From: Paragordius varius
Lineage: Eukaryota; Animalia; Nematomorpha
DNA length: 64,000 nt
Reading direction: 5' to 3'
Assembly: GCA_964247055.1 (NCBI GenBank)
Contig: OZ176055.1
Coordinates: forward strand, 8,432,001 to 8,496,000
In this document: piece by piece, positions 39,581 through 54,900 of the stretch
How the letters are laid out: every line of letters starts with the position of its first letter
Position numbering within the stretch: position 1 is the stretch's first letter
Translations under genes and position numbers: made by a program
Notes under the pieces: model-generated
What the model was told of the DNA's origin: nothing
The model's input: only the letters and a program-made list of their open reading frames with translations
Database searches by the model: none

Positions 39581-41703
39581 TGATATTATAGATTAATTAA
39601 ATATCAACTCTAAACAATTGCTTTTTGTGGTAGCTTGCTTTCTAAATAAATTAAAATCATTTATTTATAATATTTGTATGTATGTATTGCGCGGCTATAT
39701 TAAGAATATGTATTTGAAACAAATTAAAATCTATCTATAAAGTATGTGAAAATATAGCATTTTATAATTACAATTAAGCTAATGTTGCTTGCTTATACAT
39801 AATAATATATAGAATTAATTATATAACCGGGTTCATATTACAAGTGATTAAAAGATAAAAAAGAGCCTTTTTTACACAATAAATTATTTGGAAAATAAAA
39901 ACTAAAAATCAATGGCAATCAATATTAATCACAAATAATCATCTAAAATTATATTGGTCTGTTGCTTTAAAAAATAAGTTAAAAAGTATGAAAAAAACAG
40001 GTGTTTTGCTTTGGTATTTTATTACATGTGTATGTTAATACTATTGAATTTAATTCTCTTTAAGTAGTTACAAAGTATTTGATAAAATAAATGGTGTGGT
40101 ATGGTATACATATAAAATATAAAATAATCACAATGTTAAATAATTATAAAATATATAATATAATTATATATTCTGACTAACAATTTTGGTTTGGTTATCA
40201 AGGTTAGAGAATGAGTGTTAAACTATAGGAGAATAACTGAAACTGATGAAGGTATTTGTTTCAAAAAACTTTGCTAAATTATATAAAGGAGATTGCAGCT
40301 AGAGTAATGAAAACGATTGCAGGTGAACCTAAAAGACAATGGGAAAATGTTATTATAAATATTTAAAATATTTATTGATAGAAATATGCGAATTGATTTT
40401 TCCTAACTATATTCGCCATTTAAATCATTAATACAGAGAGCCAAATGTTTATTGATTTAGTTCCAAACAAGTTTTGACAATTTATACCATATATTTAAAA
40501 AAATAATTGACAAAGGTGCTAAAATTAATACTATCATCATAATTATTTTATTATGTTTTTAAATAAAGTATAACTCCAATTTTATAAAAGCCGTTTTTCA
40601 GTTAATACGCTGGAATGTAGGGCTTAATGAGCTGACTTAAAATACACTTTATAGATGTCATATTTTCCTGAAAATTTACAAATTATAATTTCAAAATTAT
40701 TTACCGCAAAAATAGCGGCTAAAAATTTTCCCATCTAAACTTTTAATGCATAAACCATTGGGCCGTTTAAGTCGGCTCATTCTCAAAAGGCCATTTTAGT
40801 TTATAATACTGGACTATAATAAGTCTTGTAATAAAATTGATATCTACGTTTGAATAATTTTATATATTCATATGTCTTCTCTTATTTTCAGTGGCAAAAA
40901 TAAAACTTTTTCCTGTAACCGTATATGTAATGGATGCAAGGCGGTTTTTTTAAATTTGCATATTAAAGATAATGGCTAAAGGTCAGAAGTATAGGAATAG
41001 CTTTCTACTGAAATGCCTTAATCCAATAACAAAATTAATATTATCAACACTTAAGTTATTTTCATGATTATTACAAACTTATTAAAAAATAAATTCGAAA
41101 ACGATTTTTTTAAATGCCGTTTTTTTACTGCAGTATTATATTAAATGTGTGCGTATATACGTGTATTTTTAGGCTGATATCAAGGTTCTTCTATCTATCC
41201 ATGAATTTATTAATTAATTTGTATATTTTACCAGTCTGCGCTCATGAAAGCATTCATAATAGTTTAATAGTGTAACATAAAAATAATTTCGCCTTTTACG
41301 TAAGCCATAACCCATATAATCAACGACCATCAGATATATTAATTTATCATTTTAAAATTTTACATCAATAATTAACATATGTTAATTTATCATTTTATTT
41401 TACATCAATAATTACCATATGTTATACCCGATTTCTATACTGGTTATTTTTATATCGGTCGTAAACACGGTTTGTCTGCCTAACCGATGAGAATCTTTCA
41501 CACCAATTATTTCCAATTAAAAATGTTCTTTTTATTTGGTTTTTAAAGGTTATTAAGCAAAGATGCCAAACAATTTTAAATGAATTTAAAAACGGTAATA
41601 CGAATTGATAATTCATTAAATATGCTAACCTATAAACCTCTATTTTTTTAACTTTAAAATTTTCCAATTAAAACATTATAATTTAAATTTGATATAAACT
41701 AAC

Positions 41704-41966
41704 CTATAGTAACGTAAGCTGAACTAGGTTTTGCAGTAGTTGGCGCCATATCTGTCGTAAAAAATTAATTTATAGAGTATATTATATGTCATTCTACTTT
41801 GCAATAAAAATTTATAATTCCGTTTTTTATGTATACCATTTCTAAGCGGGGCCGTTGCAGATACCTCCCTCGGGGATCCGGTCATCAACATATTTATATT
41901 ATCAAGAGCTAAAAATAAAATTAGATAAAACAATTTTACTTCTGTTTCTGGAAGCATCAGGACTTG
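41704..41966 (-). CDS. Three further small phase-1/phase-1 exons, probably downstream exons of the Ig gene
   Basis: Exons 41940-41966 (27 nt), 41837-41908 (72 nt) and 41704-41751 (48 nt) are all 3n with GT-AG. They read TSPDASRNR-TLDNINMLMTGSPREVSATAPLRN-DMAPTTAKPSSAYVTI. The terminal exon is unresolved. Confidence 0.7.
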
Positions 41967-42403
41967 CTAGAAAGATTCATATAAAAAATATAATTTAGAA
42001 AAATAATCTTGATACCACAGTTAAAATATTACAGCGTTAAAACAGTTAAAATAATAAAAATAATATTATGATTATGTCAAAGATAAGATATATAAATTTA
42101 AACAACGAATATTGTGTGGAAGACGTGCAATTTTATAAAGTTAGTGACACACTTATGTGACAAATGGTGCGATGTTTTAGACATGCTACAATCCCTTTGT
42201 GCTATATTTATATTTGGTGCTAATAGAAGATAGTCTGTGTTCTTGTGAGTTAGGAGAGACAGTATTATTGGAGAATGTGGTACAGTACGTGATTACAGAA
42301 TAAGTCTAACAGAGGAGAAAGTATAGAAAAGAATAGAGAAAGAGACATTGAAAGAAAGAATCGTGTGGGCTTAGTTGAACAACGATAAACACAAAAAACA
42401 CAT

Positions 42404-45400
42404 TTATAAACACATAGATGTATGAAGGTAAGTGAGTGACACACAGAGGATATACGCACTAGGAAATAGAGTTGTGACAGCATCTGATAGCATTTGTGGG
42501 TTTGTGATGGTATTTGCTTCTATAGGTGACATCGTTTGACCATCCATTCCCATAGGAGCAGGGGGGACTAGAGGTGTAATCCCCATTATTTCACCCTTTT
42601 CCCCAACATGACTTTCCACGGTGTGAGGTGGAAGGCCACTTATCATTCCACCTCCTTCGGGTTGTGGCATAGGGGCCACACTACTACTACTACTTCCTTC
42701 AACGGTTTGTCTATTGCCTGCAAGAGCACTTCCCGCTATAGCGCCCCCAACAGCGGCCGCGGCAGCCGGGATTATAACACTCCCAATATCTGGTCCGCTT
42801 TGCATGGTTGTCATCATATCAGACGATGATGCCGACTGGGGAGGTATGGTAACATCACTCGCCACATCGCTTAACGGAATTAAGGATGGGAATTGGGATG
42901 TAGTTTCGACTCCGCCTTGGCCATCAACCATCAAGTCTGATAAGCCCGGGCTGTGAGTCGTGATTCCCATCATTTCTCCTGGTGATGGTGAGACAGGAGG
43001 CACTTGTGAAGCATGCAACATAGTTTGCTGCGCATTCATATGCGGCTGTGATGGTGCCAAGCTATTTTCAGCTATGGCTATGGGTGAAGATGGCGGCATG
43101 CTAGTATTAGCCATTATATTTCCAACGCTATGGGATGGAATAAGTGTAGATTGGCCAGCCATCGGTTCACCCTCTGACTGAGGTTGAGGTAAAGCAGCGA
43201 CAGGTACAAAAACTTTGGGTATCATAGGCGGTGTCATGGAACTCTGTGCAACACCTGGTTCAGAACTGGGCTCTGGCATTGATTGATTGTGCCAAGGTGT
43301 CATAGCACCGATAACAGCTGGCATCATGGGTTGACCACTTGCGCCCATGAGTGACATATTGGTTTGAATAGGATTTTCTATGGAACCGAAAAAATCTTCA
43401 TTTATTTTTGGCACTCGATTCGTATCTAATGGTGATTGGGGCATTACAATGCCCCCCTGAATATCACCACCTGTGTGTAATTGACTTATATTTGTGGTGG
43501 GCATGCTTGGTTCAGGCCGTTGTAAACCAGGCAAAGGTATGAGAAGAGGGTATGGAGTGAAATTAAAACCAAAACTTCGTTGTGTACTTGCTAATAAATG
43601 AGAAAATTTTCAAATTTAAAATGTGTTTATCAAAAAAATTATCATTATAGATATAATCTTGTAAAAAGAAAGAAAAAGCATATAAAGCTATTTATCATTC
43701 CATATATTATACATCCACTTTTTCACCCATGGTGGTTGGTTATGTGCAAGAAAACCGTGGCGGTGAATATAATTCTTTAAGCATGAACTATCTACAATCT
43801 ACTAGATCATACTTAAATTAAAAATGGATCGATTATTTTCACCGGGGAGAAGCAATATTTGGATATATCTCTTCAAATCTAATATATTGGAGTGAGTATC
43901 GTTATCATGATGTATGCTTGTTTTATTAATAGGAAAGGTCTCAGAATTCAAAGAATTTTGAGCCATCAAATGGTGGGTCGGTGCATATATCACAGTGTTG
44001 TTGCGAACATAGTAATTCCAATCAAAATGGTGCAAAGGTGGATAATACAATTTAATGCCTCGAGCTTGAGTGCTTTCTTTCAATTTAATCATTTTTTTTT
44101 CATACATAAATGAGTATTAGTGGTTTTACAATTAATTTAATTAAAAGCCTAATTCAAAAAAAAATGGTAGGGAGAAAATTATACATAAAATGAATAAAAA
44201 AAATGTTACAGAAACTTTACTTGAAATCTGAATATTTTTGGTTATTTCTCTGGAACCTTGGCCAGGCATATCTGCTCTACACACTAATCTGGCCCCATTC
44301 AGGTCTGGATTTCCCTTTACTCTTACCTTTAAAATGGAAAGAGTGCCTTGCGTCATAGGGTCAGTCAAAGTTAGATTCAATGGTAAATCCGCTCTAGCAT
44401 TAATAAATATAAAAGATTTTTAACCGCTAATATTGTTTGTTAGCAATAGATTTGTAATATATTTTACGAGACCAATTTGTAGTCAAAATTATAGAATAAA
44501 GTAGTCAACCAAACATCCGAATATTCAAATAAAAAATATCCAATTTGAATGCGTCTTCAATTATAACTGAGCCTTTTTTAGCCGTTAATTTAATTTGTAA
44601 AAGCCGTTTAAATATTTGACCCTTATTATAAATATTAAAGCTATATTTAATTATAAATAATTGTATTAAACAATTATATTTTCATAGTTGTGATTTACGT
44701 TTTAAAATAAGGAATTGTCGCTTAATTATATCATTCAAATGCCTTATCGTTTTCTGATTAAAAATGCATTTGGAAATTTTTAAGATGACATTAGATATAT
44801 TTAAACAAAGTCATTGAGTAAAAAAATGTTAAAATATATCATTAATATTTGAATTATATTGTTGCAATCGATGAATTTAATCGATCTTTATCATGTTTCT
44901 GAAGAGGCATTTTGGTTTTTGCCATATCAAAAGGTACCAGCCATATGAATATTAAACTTTTAGCTTTTTCCAAAAAAATTTAGCAAATAATCATTTTTTA
45001 TAATTGATATAAGTTATTTTCCATATCAATTCATCTTTTTTGTATTTTATTAAAAATAATAAGAATGAATGAACAAACAATAATGTGGGGGACCGTTATT
45101 TGATGGAGTATTAAATAAATGTAAAACTTAAAGTAAAAATGATAGATAAATAATGAGGTCTTACTTAGTAACTGGGGCATTGTTGATGTACCACATTAGA
45201 TTAGCTGGGGCTTTGGCTTGACATGTAAATATGGCGGTTTGCCCGATTCCAATAGGCCCATATTCTTCAAGGATGCGTAAGCTTTCTCCCTGGTTGGGGG
45301 GATCTACACCAAAATTATATAAAAAAGAAACTTATTATCAAAATTAACATAAGTTGAAATATAATGTAATGGTTAGCAAATATTTCATATATGTATATGT

Positions 45401-47752
45401 TTCAACGATCAAGCCATATCAGTATATTTTTAACGATTATATTTATTCGGTTACAAATTATTTTTAAATATAGGTCATCTGCTCTTTGATTACATATGAC
45501 ATAGAGCATTGGTTTTCAACCTTTTTTTAATCACGCCTTACCAAAATGAACACATAAATGCGCCCCCCACTCAAAAAAATCCAAATCCCAATCAATGAGA
45601 TCCGTATTTGCAATTTTTGAAATATTTTTCATATCGGTGACAAATCTTGACAATTTGCGCCTGAAATTTTTCCAAATGTTTCTGGTTTTGTTTTTTACTT
45701 ATATTCTCCAAATTTTTCGCGCGCCCCTTAGATTTTTCTAGGCCCCCCTGTAGGAACCACTTACATAGAGCAACCAATTCTAATATATAATCTCTCTCAC
45801 CCTTGTAAAAAACACCTCTTCTCAACTATTTAGCTAAATAAATCCTATCACAAACTTTTCAATTTTCAAAAAGGTCCTAGATTAAATTATTATTCTATAA
45901 AAGTTTAGTGTATTCTACAAATGAAGTGGTATAATGAGGGAAGTAGCTACCGTATATATGATAAGTTTATTAAAATAATACTTTATGAAGAATATATTAT
46001 TTAATACTGTGTTCCTGAATTTTATTTTACGATAAAACTTTATACATGAAAATACCATGAATCTGAAAAAATTCTAAAGAATAAAAATCATATTGTTTTA
46101 GATAACAAAGCCTTTTTTAAAATGGCTAGATTTTGTAATTACAAAATAATTGTTTTAAAAAGAGCGCGCGATATTTGCAATCAATATGGAATCCGTCAAT
46201 AAACTATTTATTTCAAAAATGTATGAAGTACAGTAAAAATTGGAATTATGCGGACAAAACGTAAAAATATATTTTTTTCAAAAGACAACCATACTTATCG
46301 TGATTTTTTTTTAATTACATCCTTATTAAAATTTTCAAACTATGAAATAGAAATGTATTATAGTAATACAATCAATTATATATTTTACAGTGGTAATTAT
46401 ATATTTTATTATAAGAAAATTAAGGTTTAAAAAGTGCGGTTGTCTTTTAGAAAAAAATATTTGTTTTTATATTTTTGCATTCTGTCCGTATAATTTCAAT
46501 TATTAAATTTTAGTTTCATTTTCAAAACCAATAAATAATGGATATCGTAAAAGAGGTTAAAATTAAACTTACCAAAAACTTGCAAATATGCTTCTTTAGT
46601 AACAGTATCATCACTGATAACGACACATCGGTATAAACCTTGATCAGATTTTTTTAACGGCGATAAAATAAAGGATGTTTTGTTTGCATTAAAGTTTTTG
46701 ACACGATCCTTCCATGCACCCATAGCCTATTTGGAAAATTTTCTTAAAAAATATCAAATTTATATCGGATTTCAGTGTGAATAAGTAAGTATACATTGAT
46801 AGTTTTTCCTTAAATATTGTCAGATGGCAGCTTATTTATCAAAGAGAAATATTATAGGGCTATTTTTTTTCGCTTTTTACTCATATTAGCTAAAATAATG
46901 TTCTTTGCTGGTTATTTTATCAGTTAGTATTTACTAAAAAAAATAGACTTGTAAACATACTAACTCGCACTTTATATCAAATTAAAACTGCATTGTTTTT
47001 TGAACTAAGAGCAAAAAACCATAACTTAAGAATGATATGTTAGATAGAAGCAACTATGTATTCCTAACAAATATAAATCTCTTTCCTTTACACGATCATT
47101 GCATACAAATTAGGCCATATTTTTGTTCACAAATACTCTGTGTGTACTATTGACGCATATGCGTTTGAACCTTTTTTATATCGTTTCAAAGTACAAGATT
47201 TTAGTATTCTTATGACAATCTCCCTTAAAATATAAATTACGAAACATTAATCGTTTTTACTTAAGAAAAGAAGAATTACATATATAGTATGCACATTAAT
47301 GTTAGCCAATTCACATTATGTGTAGCCGATTAGCAATACAGTAGTATATGGGTAAAATACAACAATGGTTGAAATTAAACAATTTTTACCTATTTTACAA
47401 CATTAAATTTTTTTATATACTAATGGACAAAATTTCTTTTATATCATACGCTACTGTGTTAACAATTGGCCAACTGTAATGTAAATTGACTAATATTAAT
47501 ATGCATACTGTATATAATTGGTTTAGTTAATATACTTACATTAGCAGTGACTGGATCAATGGATAAAACATTTTCACCCATGACAGAAGGATCTGTGGTA
47601 TGATACCATTCCACATCAATTACCAAATTATCGGAGGAATAATTGCACACGAATTCAGCTTCGCCACCTACAAACCCAAACTCGGTAACGCTCATATCAA
47701 CGCGTAATTGTCCAAAAGTTCCTAAAATAAAAAAAGGTAAAATGACGACCAT
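42404..47752 (-). CDS. Immunoglobulin-superfamily surface protein, V-set + C2-set (Beat/CD80-like) with Pro/Ser/Met-rich stalk
   Basis: Exons 47540-47752 (or from acceptor 47721), 46573-46726, 45165-45303, 44221-44393 and 43590 down to 42460/42404 are phase-consistent. The V domain has C(NYS)..VEWY..DQGLYRC; the C2 domain has FTCQAKAPANLMWYINN..NGARLVCRA. MVVILPFFILGTFG could be a signal peptide. The Beat-like assignment is an inference from motif resemblance. Confidence 0.85.
45507..45762. mobile_element. hAT-type MITE in an intron of the Ig gene
   Basis: Imperfect ends CATTGGTTTTCAACC...GGAACCACTT with a perfect 8-bp TSD ACATAGAG (45499-45506 and 45763-45770). Confidence 0.8.
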
Positions 47753-50700
47753 AAAAATTGTCTAGAATTCGAATATTATTAGCAGACAAGAAATAACTTA
47801 TAAAAATCTTTTCGTGTTAATCGATATTTTATCCAATTAAAATTCAATTGGAATACATCCAACAAGAAATCAAATTGTCTCTAAAAGATAGTACAGAGAA
47901 AGAACCACTGTAATGATAACGAGAAAAGTTGATGGTACAATTGTGTTCTATTCTGTAAATTTTATTAGTATCATTAACGCACCAATGAATGTCAAAATTT
48001 TATTGGATATAAGCGATCAATAATTTTATTAAGCTAAAGACCATACATACTTACATCTTTAAAATTGTGACTAAAATTACTAAAAATGAATTGTTATCAA
48101 ACAGTAAAATTATTGAGTACAGTACCGAGCACTATTATAGGCCATATCTGTATTTTGATTGGCTTGAAGGGCATATTTAACTAACATGTATGTTGCCGCC
48201 ATTTATGAGATTTTTTCTATTATTAGTTACATACTTAACACTCCATTACCTTTTGGGGGAGTTTTATATCCCAGAAAGATTTGAAATTTGAATAGCTTAA
48301 AAAGTATTCCAGTTATTAAGCCGAATCTAATATGCTTTCTTTAGTCTTTTAGGCACATTATACAAAAAAATTTTTTTTAAACTTAAAATCGTATAAAAAT
48401 CATCATCTCAAACTTTTTTGCCGCCAATTTTTTCTGTGAATTTTTTATATCGCTAATGAATCAGGCAAATAAATGTATATTATGGATAGATAATGTAAAT
48501 AATTAACTATAAACAGGCTACATTTTTACCAGAAAAAACTTGATATATTTTTATTTTAATATCAGCTGTTCGTTTCAAACTTGTTTTGGAGCTGCCCAAT
48601 AGATACAAACTGTATTTTTTACTTAACATATTTCTAAAATGTAACTAAAACTCTCATGCATGGCTACTGACACGTAAATCAAATACAATTTTAGCCATTT
48701 AAAACGAAGATATAGCCTATAGCTCGTTACTCGCTATAAAATTTTACAACTTGCGTTTTAAAACACCAACTTATTCTTAAGACAAATTGATAGGAAGGGG
48801 GCGTATTTAAAGAAAATATCTGATTTCAAAACGCTTTTTCAAAAAATGTCTAGCTAGTATATAAATATATATATTTTATAAATGTATACAAAATTTTTAC
48901 TATATTGCTTGCTTCTACCCCATAATGTTTAATTTTTATTTTATCTAATTAGGATATCTCTAAATACATTACATGAATATAACTCTCTCTTTTCCAATAT
49001 TCAAGGTAAACAAAACCAACCAAAATTTATAATAATAATAATAAAATATCAATGCACGTATAAAATGATAAAAATTGGAGGAATACAAATGCCAAGGTTA
49101 TTTACTCTACTATGGTTAGGTAATGTATAATGTTTAGTTAGTTTTTATTCTTTTATTTTTTCATTTTAATTAATTAGTAGCGTTGAAGAAATATTTTCCC
49201 AAAATTTATATAAATATTTCTACTGATTATCATTTTGTAAAAAGTTAAAAAAAAACTTTTGTACGAAAATAGCGTTATATTCAGATATTTTTGAGTTTTG
49301 ATGTAAAACAGATGAGGGAATATTGCAAGAATTTCTTATATATATATTTAAGGTTTATATATATTTTATAAATAAAAAAAATAAGCTTGATAAAAAATTA
49401 TTTTTACCTTTAAATGTAGACACCATGGCTAACAGGACGAAATACATTTTCCAAAAAACCATAGTGGTAAATTTTGAATTGCCGTGGTTTTGATGTGTTC
49501 TCATAATATTGTTTATTAGCGATTTCTAAATTTTTTCTAGAGTTTTAGATAAAATTTCGTAAAAATATTGATAAAATTCAATCAATTAATTATTGAAGAA
49601 GGAGGGGGAGGATAGAATTAAATTGGAATATTTCATTTTTGCTCCGATAAAAAAATGAATGCTTAATAAGTATCAAAAAAATTTTTTTTTGCGTTTGTAA
49701 TTAAAATAGATAAAACTCAATCATTTAGGTTTTAGAAGGTAACAAACTATGTAAATAAGACGACAAAACGAATAAATCCAAAAAAAATATAATTATTTTA
49801 TTTGTTTATTTAATTTGTATTTTAATGATATAAACTGGCACTAAGTAATGTGTTAGTAAAATTAAAACATATATCTATCAATCTATCTTTACTCATCACT
49901 ATGAAACATAAAAAGCAACATTTTAAAATTTTATTTTATAAATAAAGGATTGCGCGAATTTCATAAGAAATTGAATAGAAAAAAAACAAAAAAACTGATA
50001 TATTTTTTATGATTTTTATTAATTGTTAATTACCTGTGAAATTGTATATATAGGTTTTTTTATTAATGTGCTATGATATTGAAAACATAAAAAACAAAAA
50101 AACATATATTTATATTACAAATAAAAAATTATACAAGTTAAAAATGAAATCAATCAATCTTTTATACAGAAATGTAGAATATATAGAATAAATATCAAGA
50201 AATACCAGAAAACTAAGATACTGAGAAAAAGTAGGTAGATCATTCATTGTAACATATTTATAAAAAATATACCAGGGTTCTAATGAGAATAAGTAAAGTT
50301 CCAAAAATATAGAATAACCTTAAGAATTTTAGAATTTTTAAATAAAATTTGAAATCTGAGGAATTTGGAAAAAAAACTTTTTTTACAACACGACAAAAAA
50401 ATGTAGAGAATGAAATGACTGTCGTAAAATCTAATCTATATATTACCAAAAAAGCTATATATATATATATGTATGTATAGAGACGCAAACAAAATAATGA
50501 ATTTTCCGATATTTAACTGGAAATTTTTTTAGAAAACTTGCGAACAACTAAATTTTTTTTCCATATAAAAATTAAACTGTGATCATTTTTATGTCAAAGT
50601 CTAGAACTTTTAAAGTAAATTAGTCTCTCCTAGTCAAAGGATATAAAAAAGGTCTTATCAGTTAAAACACAAGTTAATTTTCATATTTTAGTTATTTATT

Positions 50701-51459
50701 GTGTTTTAAAGCGTCTAATTTTCTAGATTAAAAATTCATCTTATTTTAACCAAGAATGTTGCCTTTTTATATTATAAAATTTTCACTTTATTTCTTTTAA
50801 ACTCAAAAATTTTATTTTAGAACAACAAATTTTTACAATACAATAGAAAATACAAAATATATATCACAAATTGCCTCATTTTATCGGATTATTGATTTTT
50901 GCACCTGTGGAGCTCAGGTAAGCTCTTAACAAATACAGGTACACACCTTGTAACTACAAACATATATAAATAGGTAAAAAATCGGAAATAACCTAAAAAT
51001 GCTAAAACAGTGTATTTAAATTATATAAATAAAACTTTTTAAACTAATTTTTCAAAAATTTTATTAAAAATTTTATAAAAAAAATTTTCTTATAATCTTC
51101 TTTTTATATTTTTTTCTTAATTCTCGAGACAAACGACAAGTGTCATCAAGAGTGTCATATAAGATTATACTTAAGGAATTTCCTACTTACAAACAATTGT
51201 TGCACTGCATAATGTGAGAAAATCTTTAGATATATTACACAATAATAAAATAAATATATTTCTTAATACCTGTTGAAATTATCATTTATTTTGATAGCAA
51301 AAATAACCTCTTTCTTTACTTTACTAAGTTGATGATTTAAGAACTTTTTCTAAGAACAAAAAAGATAAATTTTTTCAAGTTTCCATTAGTCCTGTTTGAT
51401 TTTACTTTTTTCATTTAAACTTTTATATAACTATTATCATTTGACTTCTGTCAAGAGGA

Positions 51460-51495
<36 letters not shown>

Positions 51496-51922
51496 CATGA
51501 TTATTTTAATGATGTAATTTAATAAAATATATTTTTGTCAAATTTGACACATTTCTTTGGTAAAATTAATATTCTTTTAATAATAATATAGAAGATAAAA
51601 ATTTTGGGTATTTACATTTTTGTGTAAATACCCCTTAGCCATATAAAACACTTCTCATTGAGGTTCCGGTCGTTTTATTTTTTCAAAAATATCAATTTTT
51701 TAAAGATTTTTAACTTTTGAAATTCATCACAATTTTAAAAAATAGATGACTCAATTAAAAAAAAATATATATATGCAAAGAAAAAAAAATTCACAAAAAA
51801 ACGTTTAAAATAAATTTATATGTATATGACAATGGAAATAATTTGTTACAAAAATTGACACACATTTTTTTATAAAAAAATCTGCAAAATGGTTTTTAAA
51901 GAAACACAATAACTTTAAAACA

Positions 51923-51925
<3 letters not shown>

Positions 51926-51988
<63 letters not shown>
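51926..51988. repeat. (TA)n microsatellite, about 31 units, followed by a short (TG)n
   Basis: Read directly from the sequence. Confidence 0.98.
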
Positions 51989-51996
<8 letters not shown>

Positions 51997-54900
51997 TAAT
52001 TAATTTGTCATCGTATATGACTAATTTTATTAAATAATTTTAAATTTTGTAAGTTAATTTCAAATCTTATATATATATATATATATATATACTTTTTATA
52101 GCTTTTCATTTTCTTAAATTGAGGACAAAATAAGTTACAAATTAAAATAACATATATACCTGCGGATATCAATACAGTGTTGTTTTTTAAGATTCAAATT
52201 TTGGTATTTACTAAAAAATGATATAAGAAAAAAAAAGGTTAATGAATTAATTTTTAAGGATGGGATGACAAAATTAACTAAATAGATGGAAGATAGTAAT
52301 TATATTATCAGAGAAAGCCACGAAAACTAATATGGATTTTATTGATTTTAATATATATATTTTCGAATAAAAAATCTCCAACACAGTCTCTACTGCCTTT
52401 ATTAGCTAAAATTATAAAATATTTTGAATATTTTGTCCTAAATAATTATAAATGATATGGTGGTATGTTTAGGAGTACAATTTTTTTTTCACCATTTTTG
52501 TTATTACTTATATATATAATGCTAACCAACCTACAACACATTTCGTTTTTTTTCATCCACAAACTATATAGTTTAGTTTATTCTCCATATGTCGCAAATT
52601 TTGTCGTTTTTTTTCTATATATGTTTTATACTTTTTATTTTATAGCAAAAAAAGACATTTTTTTTGGTAACTACTATTAAACGATATATATTAGGGCTAA
52701 ATTTTACGATCCATATATATATATATATTTAAAAATAACCATTTGGACACCCTGATGCTATTTATTATTGATGAACTCTGAATCTTTTGCCTTTGTACCA
52801 CAAATTTTTTTTTGCGGACCAGAACTTATTGATTTTTTTCTCGTTGTTTCTGACATAAAATGCTAAAACAGAAAGCTCACTAATACAATCCCAGTTTGAG
52901 TCTACAGAAATGAATCCTTATATTAGATGGTTATTAAATGTTTCTCATTTTAAAAAGTCTAAAATGGCGTAGTTGAGCTGGTGGTTATCAAATTTTAGTT
53001 TTCCTCTAATATGATAGCCTATGTAATAATATGAATTATAAATTTTCTGTCCGTCAAACAATAAAAACCATATATATAATGTAGCGCGACAACAATAATA
53101 ATAATAATAATATCGATTGGTATATATGCTAAAATGTTTATCATTATACGACACAGGCTATCTATATATATATATAGATAGATATGTATATAATAAAATT
53201 TGAGTTCAATCAACCTATTAGCTGGTAGTGGTTTTTGTATATGCTTAAGTTGTGTTAACTTAGTGTACATGCGACAAAATTGGTGACATATTAACATTTT
53301 TGTATGGAAAAAAAATTGATTTATAGCTCCTAAGTTCAGCCTTAATGGTGAAGCAGGGTACACTACGGTTTTTTGGAGCATTTCTTGTCTATAATTGTAA
53401 AATTAGATATTCTCCATGTGCTTTGACATGAAAAATTTATGAGGGGAAAGGACAAATTTTTAAATTCAAAACGCAAAATTAATCAATATTATTGGAGAAA
53501 GGACATTCAAATTATTGACAATAGTCTATATAGTTCATTCAGGTAAGCAGTTCGACAAAAAAATATATAATATAATCAAAATCAAAGCAAAATTAATTAA
53601 AGATAAAACACAATATAAAATATTTTTCTGATCTTAAAGGTTGATTGCAAGCTTAGGAGTAGCTTAAGTTATTTGCAAAAAATATCTGATAAAAACAAGC
53701 TTGCTTTTTGATAATGCTTTGATAGCTAAACTTACGTCTAAATCATTTTAAAAAACCGATATAATTCCATACTTTAATTAATTATTAAAGATGATGCATT
53801 TAAATTTCAATATCTCAATATTTATACAAACTTAAGAGTAACATATAAGCACAAATTCCTTATTTAACGGTCATAAGATGGAATGAATAAATCTCTAAGG
53901 TTTACAAATAATTAAGCGCCTTTTTTAAGTATTACATGTTTTCATGCAAATTAAAATATTTTTAGAAATTTCGACATATATTTATCAGTTAACCTTATAA
54001 ATTTTATATACAGTCCAGATGAATTTATATATAACCAGGTATTCTGTCTTAATAATATATATCAATCATTTTGCTTCTTATATATTGTTACAGTTTTGTA
54101 ACTTCCTTGAATTTCAATAGCGCTCGAATTAGATCGAAGCAAACAGCTGATTATGAAAATCATTAGTTGCCAAAAATTTCTAATGCAACTACGCATTAAG
54201 AAATAAATAAATAAAAAGTTTAATCATGACATGTTCTTTAAATACCGATTCTAATGATTTAGTAAAAAATCGAGAAAAAAATTGGCGGCAAAAGTTTTGT
54301 GACAATTTTTAGACAGATTTTACACTTTTACATGTAATGCATATTTTAAATGGGTATAATATCATAAATATTTTTAGTAAAATATAAATTTGAAATTACT
54401 AAGAATACAAGAAAGGAGTAATGCGATATTATTTTATTTTATTATTGAAGTCATCTATCATGCATATTCTAGCATTAGAAATCCTCCAAAACATTTTTGG
54501 AAATATTTGGTTAAACCAGGCATGTAAAAATTTCCTGGTGAAATTATTACTGGTTTCTAAAAAGTCGTACTTTGTGTGTATTGTTATGAATCGAAACGTA
54601 AAATAAGTGATAGGAGAGTCTCAAATACCGCTAAAATAACTATTTTAATTAATTAAGGCAAAAAACCGAAATCGTGTTATAAGAACAACTTTTAATATAA
54701 AACCGACATTTAAGCAAATTAATTTTGAAAGAGGATTTTTTTAATTTAAAATTTTGGCTAAATTGTGTTGAATCATATTTAATGGTATTAAAATTCATGT
54801 TGGAAACACAAATAATCCTTAAATAATTATAAAAACTCTCTTTTATATAATTCACAGCTGGTGTTTTATCATCTCAAAATTTAGGTTAAAAAAATGTTAT

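Noticed and set aside
40200-41000. Possible small plus-strand exons (EIAARVMKTIAG; GKNKTFSCNRICNGC)
   Set aside because: No consistent start or phase chain could be built.
42265-43181. Overlapping ORFs on the strand opposite the Ig stalk exon
   Set aside because: They are shadow ORFs of a GC-richer coding exon.
50870-54200. Scattered splice-like signals on the plus strand (CAG|GTAAG at ~50918; acceptors at ~53325 and ~54095)
   Set aside because: No coherent reading frame could be built; a non-coding or UTR transcript cannot be excluded.
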